DNA of 46,284 bases. Source: an uncultured Melioribacter sp. (GTDB lineage Bacteria > Bacteroidota > Ignavibacteria > Ignavibacteriales > SURF-24). Position 1 is the stretch's first letter; the number at the start of each line of letters is the position of its first letter. Position numbers and translations under genes: made by a program. The stretch is taken from positions 1 to 46,284 of the forward strand of contig CAZIDB010000004.1 in NCBI GenBank assembly GCA_964537965.1, given 5' to 3'. Positions 46,251-46,284 of this stretch are shown in pieces. The notes beneath the pieces were generated by a model that was not told the DNA's origin, ran no database searches, and worked only from the letters and a program-made list of their open reading frames with translations.

Positions 46251-46284
46251 TACCGCAGGTAATTAAAATGATGATGGTGGTGAA
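46250..46284 (-). CDS. hisL: his operon leader peptide, 3' part only (5' end lies beyond the window)
   Basis: Minus-strand frame: ..CAC CAC CAT CAT CAT TTT AAT TAC CTG CGG TAG. That is at least 5 consecutive His codons, then F-N-Y-L-R-stop. The stop overlaps the first base of the antiterminator arm. Confidence 0.65.
   Translation of the reverse strand, partial: HHHHHFNYLR

Noticed and set aside
1-46284. Scan for tRNA, rRNA, tmRNA or known riboswitch signatures in all spacers longer than 60 bp
   Set aside because: No T-loop (GGTTCGAATCC-like) or acceptor-stem pattern and no recognisable riboswitch core were seen by eye. A covariance-model scan (Infernal/Rfam, tRNAscan-SE) would be needed to exclude them formally.

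Overview
This 46.3-kb window looks like a chromosomal segment from a low-GC member of the FCB superphylum (Ignavibacteria/Bacteroidota-like). That placement is an inference from three T9SS C-terminal sorting domains of the NYPNPFNPSTTI type and a TonB-dependent receptor with no SusD partner. It has three blocks. (1) 29-37325 is one large glycan-utilisation locus: a minus-strand operon (GH38, GH20, DUF4838, GH2) diverges from a long plus-strand series (SSF transporter, alpha/beta-hydrolase, GH92, ROK regulator, GH94 phosphorylase, T9SS-secreted GH18 endo-beta-N-acetylglucosaminidase, GH130 phosphorylase, CBM9-like protein, GH125, GH3-PA14, TonB-dependent receptor, two T9SS-anchored beta-helix proteins). 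The enzyme set fits N-glycan / mannoside breakdown with a cytoplasmic phosphorolytic end-stage. (2) 37489-39111 holds two minus-strand genes with no family I can recognise. (3) 39309-46165 is a complete, tightly coupled hisG-D-C-B-H-A-F-IE operon on the minus strand. A run of His codons, an antiterminator and a terminator precede it at the window edge, forming a leader-peptide attenuator whose 5' end is cut off. I saw no rRNA, tRNA, CRISPR array, transposase or integrase. Family calls come from motifs read in the ORF translations. No database search was possible, so substrate specificities are inferences.
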